Translations under genes and position numbers: made by a program
Shown: in pieces, positions 32,523-42,524 of the stretch
Position numbering within the stretch: position 1 is the first letter of the stretch
How the letters are laid out: every line of letters begins with the position of its first letter
Assembly (NCBI GenBank): GCA_963665115.1
Contig: OY762007.1
Location: 6,464,001-6,528,000, forward strand
Direction of reading: 5' to 3'
Source: an uncultured Rivularia sp.
Lineage (GTDB): Bacteria; Cyanobacteriota; Cyanobacteriia; Cyanobacteriales; Nostocaceae
DNA: 64,000 nt
The notes under the pieces: generated by a model
What the model saw: the letters and a program-made list of their open reading frames with translations, nothing else
Told to the model about the DNA's origin: nothing
The model's database searches: none

Positions 32523-33716
32523 ATGAAAGGAAACCAATTATCTTTTTTCCCAGAAAAAGAAGAAAAGGTTGCTACTATCAAGCAAAAAAAACCTAAGTTG
32601 GGACGTTACGAACGTATTAAGCGCGAATTAGAAGAAAACGAAACTGACCCAAATAAAATATTTATTAAAATCAGTTCGGAACCAATACCAACATCTGATT
32701 ACACATTTTTAGATTTGTTTTGCGGTGCGGGAGGGATGACTCAAGGATTAGTTCAAGCAGGATTTAAACCATTAGCGAGTGTTGAAATTAGCCCAATTGC
32801 TTCGGCAACTCATAAGAAAAACTTCCCGCAATGCCATCATTTTTGTGGAGATATTGAAAATTTTGATTCTGTAAAATGGCTCGAAGAAATCGGTTCCCCC
32901 GAAATACATTTAGTTGCAGGTGGTCCGCCATGTCAAGGTTTTTCAGTAGCAGGAAAACGCGACCCAAATGACCCGCGCAATCGTCTATTTTATGAATTTA
33001 TTCGTGTTGTTTCAAAGATACGTCCTTGGTATGTTGTTATGGAAAATGTACCGGGGATTTTGACAATTCAAAAGGGAGATGTGAGGGCGGCAATTACCGA
33101 GGCATTTAAATCGATTGGTTACGATAATGTTTCCGTGGCAATCCTCGAATCTGCTGCTTATGGAGTTCCGCAAATTCGTCCCAGAGCTATATTTATTGCG
33201 AATAGATTTGGAATGCCCAATCCTTATCCAAAGGCTCAATTATTAACTGAAGAATACAAAAATATTGAATCGGCGATTTCCGATTTACCGGAATATACCC
33301 GCATACCGGAAATTAATCATGAATGGACTAAACATTCAGCCGAATATATGGAACGTATTGCTAAAGTTCCTCCTGGAGGTTCTTTATATAAAAAATATGC
33401 CGATGCTTTTAAGCGTCAATATCCAGGTTTACCAAGTATGACTGTTAAGGAAAATCACGGCGGTACTCATATTCATCCTTATCTAAATCGCGTTATTTCT
33501 GCTCGCGAAATGGCAAGATTACAGACATTCCCAGATTCATTTATTTTTGAAGGCACTATGAAAAAAGCTATGTGGCAAATTGGAAATGCCGTACCTCCGC
33601 GATTGGCAGAATGTATTGGTTATGCGTTGATTCCTTACTTAACTGATATTGCTCTAAAAACGGAAAATACAGTTTCTGTTAATCATCCCCAGCAGATTCA
33701 GCTAACTTTTGATTAA
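32523..33716 (+). CDS. DNA (cytosine-5) methyltransferase, M.NspI-like
   Basis: DLFCGAGG, GGPPCQGFS, ENV, QIRPR, RLQTFP, GNAVPP. Confidence 0.93.
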   Translation: MKGNQLSFFPEKEEKVATIKQKKPKLGRYERIKRELEENETDPNKIFIKISSEPIPTSDYTFLDLFCGAGGMTQGLVQAGFKPLASVEISPIASATHKKNFPQCHHFCGDIENFDSVKWLEEIGSPEIHLVAGGPPCQGFSVAGKRDPNDPRNRLFYEFIRVVSKIRPWYVVMENVPGILTIQKGDVRAAITEAFKSIGYDNVSVAILESAAYGVPQIRPRAIFIANRFGMPNPYPKAQLLTEEYKNIESAISDLPEYTRIPEINHEWTKHSAEYMERIAKVPPGGSLYKKYADAFKRQYPGLPSMTVKENHGGTHIHPYLNRVISAREMARLQTFPDSFIFEGTMKKAMWQIGNAVPPRLAECIGYALIPYLTDIALKTENTVSVNHPQQIQLTFD

Positions 33717-34410
33717 GGGCTTCACGCCAAGTTCCAAAATCGTACCAACCACATCCAATACAGCCTTCCTCAGCCTCAGCACCTCGTTGAACTGGGGAAC
33801 TCCAATTTTCATCACCTTTATACCAAAATCTAATACTAAAAGGCGTACCTCTTTTTCCCGTTTTAATACAGCGTTCGCAACTTCTTGATTTTAAAAGGTT
33901 GTGATTGCCAGAAGTATCTTTTTTGAGTAATTGAAACTTTTGTCTAATTTCATCCTCGCTTATAGATTTAGGGTGGGGTGATTCGTTTTGTCCCCTACGT
34001 TCCATAGGAAAACGATGGTCAATAACTAATTCATGAGATGCCCTTTCTCTTTGTTATATTACATCTATATATGAATAAAATTTAAGGATTTTTTGGCATA
34101 AATGATTAGGTATATTAGCAGCAGAGTTTGCTGATTGTATTTCTCCAGTCCACTTATCCCAAGTAGTTTTTTGTTTGCATTTAATACAATATTCTTTTTT
34201 TGTTTCAATTACCAAACCAGGACGATTCTTTGTACCACGTTTTAATCCTTTTATTCCACCCCCACCAGCATATTGAGCGGATGCAATCTCTTTTCCTTCA
34301 TGTTCCCGACAATGCCATTTACTATCTGATAATAGATTAAAGACTTTTAATTGTACTGGAGCTTTTTGGAGTTGCTCTCGAATCTGTATTATTAATTCTT
34401 GGCTACTCAT
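33679..34410 (-). pseudogene. Type II restriction endonuclease (HNH-like, NspI-like) with in-frame stop at 34054-34056
   Basis: The two ORFs are in one frame: ...YIDVI*QRERASHELVIDHRFPME...; CxxC pairs; lies between the C gene and a convergent MTase. Confidence 0.75.
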
Positions 34411-34657
34411 TCTCTAAATCATCGGCTTTTATTTCCAAATTCTCAAGAAGAACCGAAACACTAATACCTAAACCATTAGCAAGACTTATAAGAGCAGTGA
34501 GAGAAGGATTTCTAACTCCGCGCTCCACACCCGATATGTAGGTGCGGTCTAAATTTGCCCTTAATCCAAGTTCTTCTTGAGAAATTCCTAATTGCATTCT
34601 TTGTTGTCTTACAAGATGACCAAAAGCACAGAGAATCTTTATTTTCGATTCATTCAT
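34403..34657 (-). CDS. R-M controller (C) protein, XRE HTH
   Basis: SQEELG..ANLDRTYISGVERGVRNPSL; overlaps the REase start. Confidence 0.9.
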   Translation of the reverse strand: MNESKIKILCAFGHLVRQQRMQLGISQEELGLRANLDRTYISGVERGVRNPSLTALISLANGLGISVSVLLENLEIKADDLENE

Positions 34658-34675
34658 GTAGCGATTTTCACCTCT

Positions 34676-34709
34676 TGCGGACTATCAGTCTACGGACTAT
34701 GTGTCACAT
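34676..34709 (-). promoter_or_regulatory. C-box double operator
   Basis: Minus strand ATGTGACACATAGTCCGTAGACTGATAGTCCGCA: two GAC-N5-GTC half-operators around a central CGT, about 20 nt before the C gene ATG. Confidence 0.85.
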
Positions 34710-34772
34710 TAAAGAGGATTTTCTTTTACATTTGAAAAATGCGAAAATAACCTGATATTCAAGTATAAACAA

Positions 34773-35516
34773 ATGAAATTCCTCGGTATCGATTTGGGTT
34801 GGAAATCGCAACCAAGCGGCTTATGTTATTTAGAATTAATCGACGGTAAGCTGCAATTACAAGATTTAGGTAGACTCGATGCGATTGCAGATATCCTCGC
34901 TTGGGTTGATAATTGCGTTAAACCAGACGAAAGCGCCATTATTGCCGTAGATGCACCAACTCTTATCCCAAATACTACCGGAAGCCGCTTACCCGACAAG
35001 CTAACTCACAAACACTTTGGTAAATATCACGCTGGATGTTACCCGGCGAATCTCGGTTTACCTTTTGCTCAACGTACGGTAAATTTTGGTTTAGAATTGG
35101 AATCTCGCGGTTATCTTCACGCACCAACTATGGAAGCGCAAAAGCCTGGTAGATATCAAATTGAAGTTTTTCCGCATCCTGCAATAGTTCAGCTTTTTGG
35201 CTTACAAAAAATTCTTAAATATAAGAAGGGAAGAATAGGCGATCGCCATCTTGAATTAACTAAGCTTTTTAATTACATTATTGATATTTTACCGACTCTG
35301 GAACCAAATTTGAAATTGGATAAGAGTTCGGATTTTTTGAATTTTAAATTCTTAAATTCAACCTGTACGGGTAAAATTCTTAAAGCAACAGAAGATAAGC
35401 TTGATAGTCTTATCTGTGCTTATGTAGCAGCTTATTGGTGGTATTGGGGAGAACAGCGGAATTTAGTATTAGGAGATGTCAGTACTGGTTATATTGTGAT
35501 TCCGGCGCAGAGTTGA
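34773..35516 (+). CDS. DUF429 domain protein (RNase H-like predicted nuclease)
   Basis: FLGIDLGW, VDAP, IEVFPHP, EDKLDSLICA. Confidence 0.85.
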   Translation: MKFLGIDLGWKSQPSGLCYLELIDGKLQLQDLGRLDAIADILAWVDNCVKPDESAIIAVDAPTLIPNTTGSRLPDKLTHKHFGKYHAGCYPANLGLPFAQRTVNFGLELESRGYLHAPTMEAQKPGRYQIEVFPHPAIVQLFGLQKILKYKKGRIGDRHLELTKLFNYIIDILPTLEPNLKLDKSSDFLNFKFLNSTCTGKILKATEDKLDSLICAYVAAYWWYWGEQRNLVLGDVSTGYIVIPAQS

Positions 35517-36100
35517 AGAGAGGGGGTATAGGGAGAAATAAATTCGAGCAAAAACCTAAATAAGAGTCGCAATTACTCTTGTATAAAGATTGGATTGTTT
35601 TTAGCATTACTTAGACTTTTACTTGAAAAAATCAGCATCCTAATTCTTTTTTTCTATTTTATATTTATTATTCAACTTCTTAGGATGGGAATTTATATAT
35701 ATAGATTTTAATTCTTTTAACTTATTATATTTTTGAAATTTGCTTTTGTTTGGAACATAATTTTTAGACAGTGAATATAGAAATCTATAATAAATAATAT
35801 CTTTAGCAATCATAGATAAACGCTCCAAATAATTGATTATTTATAGATTAACTAATTACTCTTATAAAATCACGTGAAAAAAGTCATCTGAATATATTAC
35901 AAAAGTCATGTTATTTGGGAGCATCCCAATTTTTGAAAAATATCTCGTAGTGCGAGCAAGAGAAAAACTCAAAGCCGTTCCTAATTGCTAAGAACGGCTT
36001 TGAAGCAAATTTAGTCGGCTAATAACTGAAAGTTTTACCCAAAATGGATTAAAATGGGGAAATGTGGGCAGATATTCGCCAACTGTTTCTAACAGTAACT

Positions 36101-37576
36101 TTATGGATGTATGCTACCGTCTGGCATAATTGCACCTGTCAGTTTGGCATGACTAAGATTGATACCGTCGAGGTTAGTATATTGCAAGTTCGCACCTCTT
36201 AAATCGGCACCATACAGCCCGGTAAAATCAAATTTTGCACCCCGTAAATCTGCTCCACGCAAATTCGCGTTATTTAAATTAGCGTGTACTAGATTCGCGT
36301 TTGATAAATTTGCATCTGTTAACACTGCACCTCTGAGTCTTGCTCCAAGAAGGCTTACACCGCTTAAATTACTGCCTTGTAAATTCGCATTCACCAAATT
36401 AATATGATCTAAATTGGCATTTTTAATGCTGACATCTTTTAGCTGAGCATCATCTAAGTTTGCTTTTTGCAAATCACAGTTGTCACATTCTTTGGTTTTC
36501 TGCAATCTATCTATTAAAGTTGCTTGCTGGCGTTCAAGAAGTTCTTCTTGTAACCTATTTATTCGATATGCTTTGTCTTCGAGTTGTTCTTGTCTATGGC
36601 GAAGACGGTAAATTTGTGCTTGTTGCCTGTCAATCCTATGTTGCTGAGAAATAGAAGATTTTTGAACACCTTGAGTTCCCACAATAGCTATCCAAAGAAG
36701 TGCCGGAAGTGCAAGAGTTTGAGCAAATGCGTTACCTTCATTTGATTTTGGTTTTAAAATAGCGGGGATTGATTTTAATGTTTCTAATGCTTCGGTTGCA
36801 TTTGTAAACCGATGTTTGAGATTTGGCTCAACCATCTTACTCAACCACTCTACAAATTTTGGGTTGATATTTGATGGCAAAGACTTAAAATCAAAACGAT
36901 ATTCATCATCAATTAATTTACCAACATTAACCGAACGGGTACCGCTGAGCAAACAAATTAATGTCACACCCAAACTATATAAATCGGATGCTTCGGTTAA
37001 ATCGCGACCAAAGTATTCTTCTGGAGGTATAAAACCAGGAGTTCCGGAAGCAACACTACTAAGTGCAACTTCATTATTACTTACTCTAGCAAACCCAAAA
37101 TCAACTAAATAAGCGTTAAGATTTTTATCAACTAATATATTTTCAGGTTTAATATCCCGATGAATAATTTGCGGGTTGCGCTGTTGCAAATAAACTAATA
37201 TCTCTAAAATCGATATGGCAATTTGCTTAACTTGTTGGGGAGTAAACTTGTTTTCAACAGCCAATGATGGCGCGTCTTTGTATTCCTGTACCAAACAAAA
37301 CCCTTGAGGTGTTTCAAATGTTGTTAAGTAGCTCGGAATACGCGGATGTTCTAACTGCTTAAGTACCTCTATCTCGCGTTCGTAAGCTTTAAAACCCGAC
37401 CAATCAGTACCTACATCTGCAAAACGAAATTCTTTGATTACTACTTGATTTTTGCAGTTTTCCGCTTCAGCAAGATGCGTGATGCGTCCCCCGAAGTGAT
37501 TTTTTCCTAACTCCTTATTAATTTGATAGCCGAGATGTGAAAAATCTGTTTTTTGGATTACCATCGTTATCTCCAC
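36101..37576 (-). CDS. Ser/Thr protein kinase with C-terminal pentapeptide repeats
   Basis: VVIKE, HRDIKPEN, DFG, GTPGFIPPE, DLYSLG; CxxC followed by A(N/D)Lxx repeats. Confidence 0.92.
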   Translation of the reverse strand: MEITMVIQKTDFSHLGYQINKELGKNHFGGRITHLAEAENCKNQVVIKEFRFADVGTDWSGFKAYEREIEVLKQLEHPRIPSYLTTFETPQGFCLVQEYKDAPSLAVENKFTPQQVKQIAISILEILVYLQQRNPQIIHRDIKPENILVDKNLNAYLVDFGFARVSNNEVALSSVASGTPGFIPPEEYFGRDLTEASDLYSLGVTLICLLSGTRSVNVGKLIDDEYRFDFKSLPSNINPKFVEWLSKMVEPNLKHRFTNATEALETLKSIPAILKPKSNEGNAFAQTLALPALLWIAIVGTQGVQKSSISQQHRIDRQQAQIYRLRHRQEQLEDKAYRINRLQEELLERQQATLIDRLQKTKECDNCDLQKANLDDAQLKDVSIKNANLDHINLVNANLQGSNLSGVSLLGARLRGAVLTDANLSNANLVHANLNNANLRGADLRGAKFDFTGLYGADLRGANLQYTNLDGINLSHAKLTGAIMPDGSIHP

Positions 37577-37743
37577 GCGCCATTATTGCAACTCGATTCG
37601 TCATAATACGCAGGTATTAAAGACTATTTTCACACAAAAAAAATCAAGTGGCGAATGTTTCTGATGATTTTTCGTAAATTAATTAAAAAGACAGACAAGA
37701 GTTAAGATTGATTAAGTAAAATAAATTTTCGCGCATATTGTAT

Positions 37744-38728
37744 TCAGCGCGACAAATTTGGTTGAGCAACTGTAGGAAAACTATCATAATTTCGCCGCAC
37801 CCAATTCATACCGACTTCATTATTTAATTTGATACGTTGAGAAACATTCGGGTAAATTTTTCCTAGAATATCGGCATCTTGCTCGATAACTACTTCGACG
37901 AGTTTTAGTAAATTACTTTTGATTAAGTGAGCAATTGGTGAATATGCTTTTACAAACATCAGAATAAAAACGCGGGATTGATTTGATGATTCTGGGATAT
38001 AAAAATGACATTCTTTGATGCTTAAAATTGGACTTTCGCCGTGCATTACTGCCATACAGGGAAAAAAGTTTTCTAAGTGTGCTTCTAAGACTTTTGGCAT
38101 TGCTAACAGCGCGGGATTGTTGAAAATATCGTGGAATGTCGGTTTTTTACGAGGTTGGGCAATATAAGCATGGGAATGAAACCCATCATCGATAAACTGC
38201 TTTAACTGCACTTCTTCGATTTCAAATAACTTGCGATGAGTACCATTTTGATGATTGTAATCGTGCATATTTAATAGAAGCGAGAGAAAATCAGTTTTAA
38301 TAGAGCGATCGCCACTAAAACCAATAAATTCATATTCTGCTGCAATCTCATTCATAATCGTCGGAATCGGAATTTTGGCTTCACAACCGCCGTAACTCCA
38401 AAAAAAATCTTCTTGAATTATTAATTCCAATGGTTGTAATAGCGATTTAGTTGGCTTATCAGTACCGGGTAATATCGTACAGCCAGCCCCGTCAAATTCT
38501 AATGCATGAAACGGACAAACTATCGCACTGCTATTATCGGGTTTGGTTACGCACCATCCTTCTGATAGCATCGCACCCATATGAGGGACAGGCATTCGGT
38601 AAGCAACTTATTTTACCCGTGCCATCTTGCCAAAGTACGTAGTCATTGCCGTAGAGAGAAACTTTCATCGGTTTATTAGGCTTCAACATCGAACGATGTG
38701 CTAACAGCCACGGTGCCCCTTTTAGCAT
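37744..38728 (-). CDS. Rieske 2Fe-2S oxygenase-family protein (frameshift at 38585-38587)
   Basis: Removing one base restores NACPHMGA...CPFH; mononuclear-iron-like NMHDYNH.NGTH. Confidence 0.85.
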
Positions 38729-38799
38729 AGTTGTATTAGTTTTTAACTAACAGATTTATCAAATCAGTTTAGTATCTGTTAACTAAAACTGTCTCACGG

Positions 38800-38829
38800 A
38801 ATCTTCCGAAAAATAGCGAAATCTTCCGA
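38800..38829 (-). promoter_or_regulatory. Direct repeat TCGGAAGATT x2 (20-nt period), putative AraC operator for the Rieske gene
   Basis: AATCTTCCGA at 38800 and 38820, between the AraC gene and the Rieske gene. Confidence 0.5.
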
Positions 38830-38953
38830 TTAATTAGTAATTTGGCTAAATTAAAAAGATAAGCTGCCGCGTATTTAATTTGTATTACCCTAGCGGGCAA
38901 GATGCCCGCACTACAAGCTTTTCATAAATTTATATATACAAATTAAAAGATTT

Positions 38954-39859
38954 TTAGCTTAACTGCTCACTGCTCCTAAATTCTCTCGGATTCACGCCAA
39001 CATATTTACGAAAAACCTTTGCAAAATGGCTTTGACTTTTAAATCCTACTAAATCAGAAACTTGTGTAACTGATAATTCGCGAGAAGATAAAAGATATTT
39101 GGCTTTTTCAACTCGACATTTAGTTATATATTGATGAGGTGCAATTCCCATCGATTGCTTAAATAAAGTAGCAAAATAATGGGGACTCATTTGTACAATT
39201 TGACTCATTTTAGTAAGAGACAAATTTTGGTTTAAATTATCGTTAACATAATCTATAATTTCTTTTAATTTATACTTTGGTAATCCACCGTTATATTCTT
39301 TAATATTAAATTTTCGCGTCGAATAACGTTTTAATAAATGTACCGCTAACATATTAGCTGCTGATTCAACATAAAGACGACTATCAACTACACTAATTTC
39401 TAATTCTGTTTTGATTGCCAATGCAATTTGTTTAATTAAAGGGTCAAAAGTTTTGATTTGCTGTATTATTTCAATGTTATCAACATTAATAGATTCATGT
39501 ACAGCATTAATTAAAAAAATTGGTTCAAAATTTAATAGAATAAACCCTAACTCTTGCTCAAATTCTGCTGCTGGCGAAGTTTGATAAGCCGGAAATATTG
39601 CGATATCGCCTTCCCCGTAATATTTACGTTGCCAGTTTCTATTAATTCTAAAACTTGCATGGAAGCTTTCAGGAGAAATACCAATAATATGCCGATCGGA
39701 TAAGATTTCGGGGACTTGATAATTTAATTGTCGATGATAGTTGAAAGAAAAACCATTAAAGAGAGATATCGGAGTATAAATAATTAATGGTTGAGGTAAT
39801 ATTTGCTTTAGTTTATCCGGTTGAGAAGCATTTATTTTTAATGGTTGTTCTGTTTTCAT
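38954..39859 (-). CDS. AraC family transcriptional regulator
   Basis: MSPHYFATLFKQSMG..PHQY, VGFKSQSHFAKVFRK..G. Confidence 0.92.
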   Translation of the reverse strand: MKTEQPLKINASQPDKLKQILPQPLIIYTPISLFNGFSFNYHRQLNYQVPEILSDRHIIGISPESFHASFRINRNWQRKYYGEGDIAIFPAYQTSPAAEFEQELGFILLNFEPIFLINAVHESINVDNIEIIQQIKTFDPLIKQIALAIKTELEISVVDSRLYVESAANMLAVHLLKRYSTRKFNIKEYNGGLPKYKLKEIIDYVNDNLNQNLSLTKMSQIVQMSPHYFATLFKQSMGIAPHQYITKCRVEKAKYLLSSRELSVTQVSDLVGFKSQSHFAKVFRKYVGVNPREFRSSEQLS

Positions 39860-39915
39860 TATTTATTATCTATATTATTGTTTTTATAAAAGTATAAAAT
39901 ATATTTGTTTAATAA

Positions 39916-40520
39916 ATGGCTGAAAATACAATGAACACAAACGCAATCTACCAACGGCGGCGAGTTTGGCAACCTCAACATATTCAAAATATTGAAATTG
40001 CCTATCGCGATTCTTCTTCTTTTAACCTCTTTCCTCTGCGTACTCTGCGTCTCTGCGGTTTTTAAATCGGTAATCTTCTGCCGGGAAGGGAGTAAACCAA
40101 CAATCTTTATTATTTAAAATTTTAGGGAAGATTTTATTAAGACATACACAAAATAGTCCGACGTTAAAAAATATAGGAAATGAGCATCAACCGATTCAGC
40201 AGATTAGAGATTATTTGAATGATAACTATGCCGAAAATATTTCGCTTGAAGAATTAGCACGTATCGCCAAATTTAGCCCTTTTTATCTTAATCGCGCATT
40301 TCGCAAACAAATTGGAATTCCACCTCACGCATACCAAACCCAAATTAGAATTCAGAAAGCAAAAGCTTTATTAAAAAGTAATTTATCAATTTCTCAAGTC
40401 GCTGTTAAAACAGGTTTTTCCAGTCAAAGTCATTTTGGCTGGCATTTTAAACGAGTTATGGGAGTTACACCGAAGCAGTATGTTAAAGAGAGCAATATCT
40501 TGATAGACGGGAAAGATTAA
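39916..40520 (+). pseudogene. AraC regulator with most of its sensor domain replaced by a repeat-element end
   Basis: N-terminal stub 39916-~40010, repeat DNA ~40030-40094, then linker QQSLLFKIL...IRDYLN and an intact HTH domain. Confidence 0.65.
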
Positions 40521-40564
40521 TTTAATTTAATGTGAGAAATTGTAGCCGAAGTCTTGCATAAAAT

Positions 40565-41302
40565 ATGACGGATAAACTAACAGGAAAGGTTGCAATTATT
40601 ACTGGTTCATCTCGCGGTATTGGACGAGCTATTGCTCTGAGATTAGGGCAAGATGGTGCTAATGTTGTTGTGACTTATTACAACAGTCAGGATAAAGCCC
40701 AAGAAGTTGTTGAAAAAATCAAGTCTCAGGGTTCTGAAGCTATAGCGCTGCAAGTAGACGTTAAAGAAATTGCCAGCGTGGGTAATTTATTCAAACAAAC
40801 CCTCGAACATTTCGGTAAACTCGATATTTTAGTTAATAATGCTGCTGGTAAAAATATATTTAAGCCTACAGCGCAAATGACTGAAGAAGAATATAACAGT
40901 ATGTTTGATATTACGCAAGGTGTATATTTTGCTCTGCAAGAAGCCGCGAAACACCTAGCTGATAACGGGCGTATTGTCAGCATTTCTACCAGCGGTACGG
41001 TGATGGCAATTCCTGGCGGGGGAGCTTATTCGGGATGTAAATCTGCAATCGAACAGTTTAGTGCTTGTTTGGCGAAAGAATTAGGCGAACGAGGTATTAC
41101 TGTAAACACGGTTTCTCCAGGAGTTACGGATACTGATGGTTTGGTTTTAGATCGAGAACAGGTAAATCAATTGATTGCTCAAACACCGCTAAATCGTTTG
41201 GGTAAACCTGAAGATGTAGCGAATGCTGTTGCCATGTTGGTATCTGATGATGCTCATTGGATTACTGGGCAAAGTATTCGAGCTAATGGTGGAATTGTTT
41301 AA
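40565..41302 (+). CDS. SDR family oxidoreductase
   Basis: TGSSRGIG, NNAAG, YSGCK, VSPG. Confidence 0.92.
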   Translation: MTDKLTGKVAIITGSSRGIGRAIALRLGQDGANVVVTYYNSQDKAQEVVEKIKSQGSEAIALQVDVKEIASVGNLFKQTLEHFGKLDILVNNAAGKNIFKPTAQMTEEEYNSMFDITQGVYFALQEAAKHLADNGRIVSISTSGTVMAIPGGGAYSGCKSAIEQFSACLAKELGERGITVNTVSPGVTDTDGLVLDREQVNQLIAQTPLNRLGKPEDVANAVAMLVSDDAHWITGQSIRANGGIV

Positions 41303-41331
41303 CACTCACTTTTTTGAAAGGCTAAGATATT

Positions 41332-42046
41332 ATGACGACTCTCAACGGAAAAATAGCTTTTATCGCTGGTGGTGCTGGTAATGTTGGGGAAGGAATTGTC
41401 CGCTCTTTCCTTAAAGCAGGTGCAACGGTAATTACGACTTCTCGCAAGCAAGAAAAACTTGAAGAATTACGCGGTTATTTAGGAGATTTAGCAAACGATA
41501 ATTTTGTCCCCATAGTCGGTGATTTGGGAGACTTAGAAAGTGCTGAAAAACTCCGCAATCAAATCCTCGAAAAATTCAATCGTCTTGATACTGTTGTTGC
41601 TTCCATTGGTGGAACTTGGAGTGGGGTTTCCCATGACTCAAGTCTCAATGGAAGATTGGCAGAAGTTTATTTTCACAAACTTAACTACTCACTTCGTTTG
41701 CGCTCGTACTTTTCTACCCGTGCTGACTGAAAATAAAGGTAGTAGCTATACTTTTCTAGGCGGCTCTGCTGCTGAAAATGCCATTCCAAATTATAGTTTA
41801 GTTGCAATACCCGCAGCCGGACAATTGATGATGGCAAAGGTATTAATGGAAGAAATGAAAGATAGTGGTGTTCGGATTAATGAAGTAATGGTTAACAGTT
41901 TGGTAAATACTCGCGCTACTGAAGATAATGCAAAACCCGAATGGATAACAGCCGATGAAATAGGCGATTATGTAGCTTGTTTAGCTTCAGATGAAGCACA
42001 TATGGTTAACTCAAGCGTACCTTATTTACAAGAACAAAATCGTTAA
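41332..42046 (+). CDS. Atypical SDR oxidoreductase (frameshift at 41623-41626)
   Basis: AGGAGNVG N-terminus; one extra G splits the ORF. Confidence 0.8.
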
Positions 42047-42082
42047 TTTTTTCTTTCACCTATAACCTATAACCTTTATTTT

Positions 42083-42385
42083 ATGGTCACATTTATCAAC
42101 ATATTTACCGTCAAACCTGAAAAGCAACAGCAGGCTTTACAGAATATTCAGCGAGTATATCAAGAAGTTGTTCGCAATCAACCCGGTTTTATTAGTGCAG
42201 AATTATTGCAAAGTAATGATGGAAATCGGGTAACGGCGATTGCCCGATGGGAAAGTGAGGAAAATGTAGCCACATTGCGCGATAATCAAAAATTTAAAGA
42301 CTTACATAATCAGGATTTTTTTGGCGCAATAGAATCAGTTGAACCTCGTTTTTATCAAAAAATGGTAGAAGTTAATCAAGAATAA
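42083..42385 (+). CDS. Antibiotic biosynthesis monooxygenase (ABM) family protein
   Basis: FINIFTVKPE, QPGFIS, ARWES. Confidence 0.85.
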   Translation: MVTFINIFTVKPEKQQQALQNIQRVYQEVVRNQPGFISAELLQSNDGNRVTAIARWESEENVATLRDNQKFKDLHNQDFFGAIESVEPRFYQKMVEVNQE

Positions 42386-42411
42386 AATTCATACTTTTAC
42401 CTAAGTTTGAA

Positions 42412-42440
42412 TAAAAAAACGGGCTGAACAGCCCGTATTA
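42412..42440. terminator. Intrinsic terminator hairpin ACGGGCTG-AA-CAGCCCGT between convergent genes
   Basis: Perfect stem flanked by an A-tract (a U-tract on the minus strand). Confidence 0.65.
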
Positions 42441-42524
42441 AAAATTCAATTACTCACTGACAATATTTTATCTCTTACTCTTCCTCAGCGTACTCTGCGG
42501 TTTATGACTATTTAATTCTCCCCA

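Noticed and set aside
35640..35828. 62-aa Lys-rich ORF
   Set aside because: Extremely AT-rich intergenic DNA; likely spurious.
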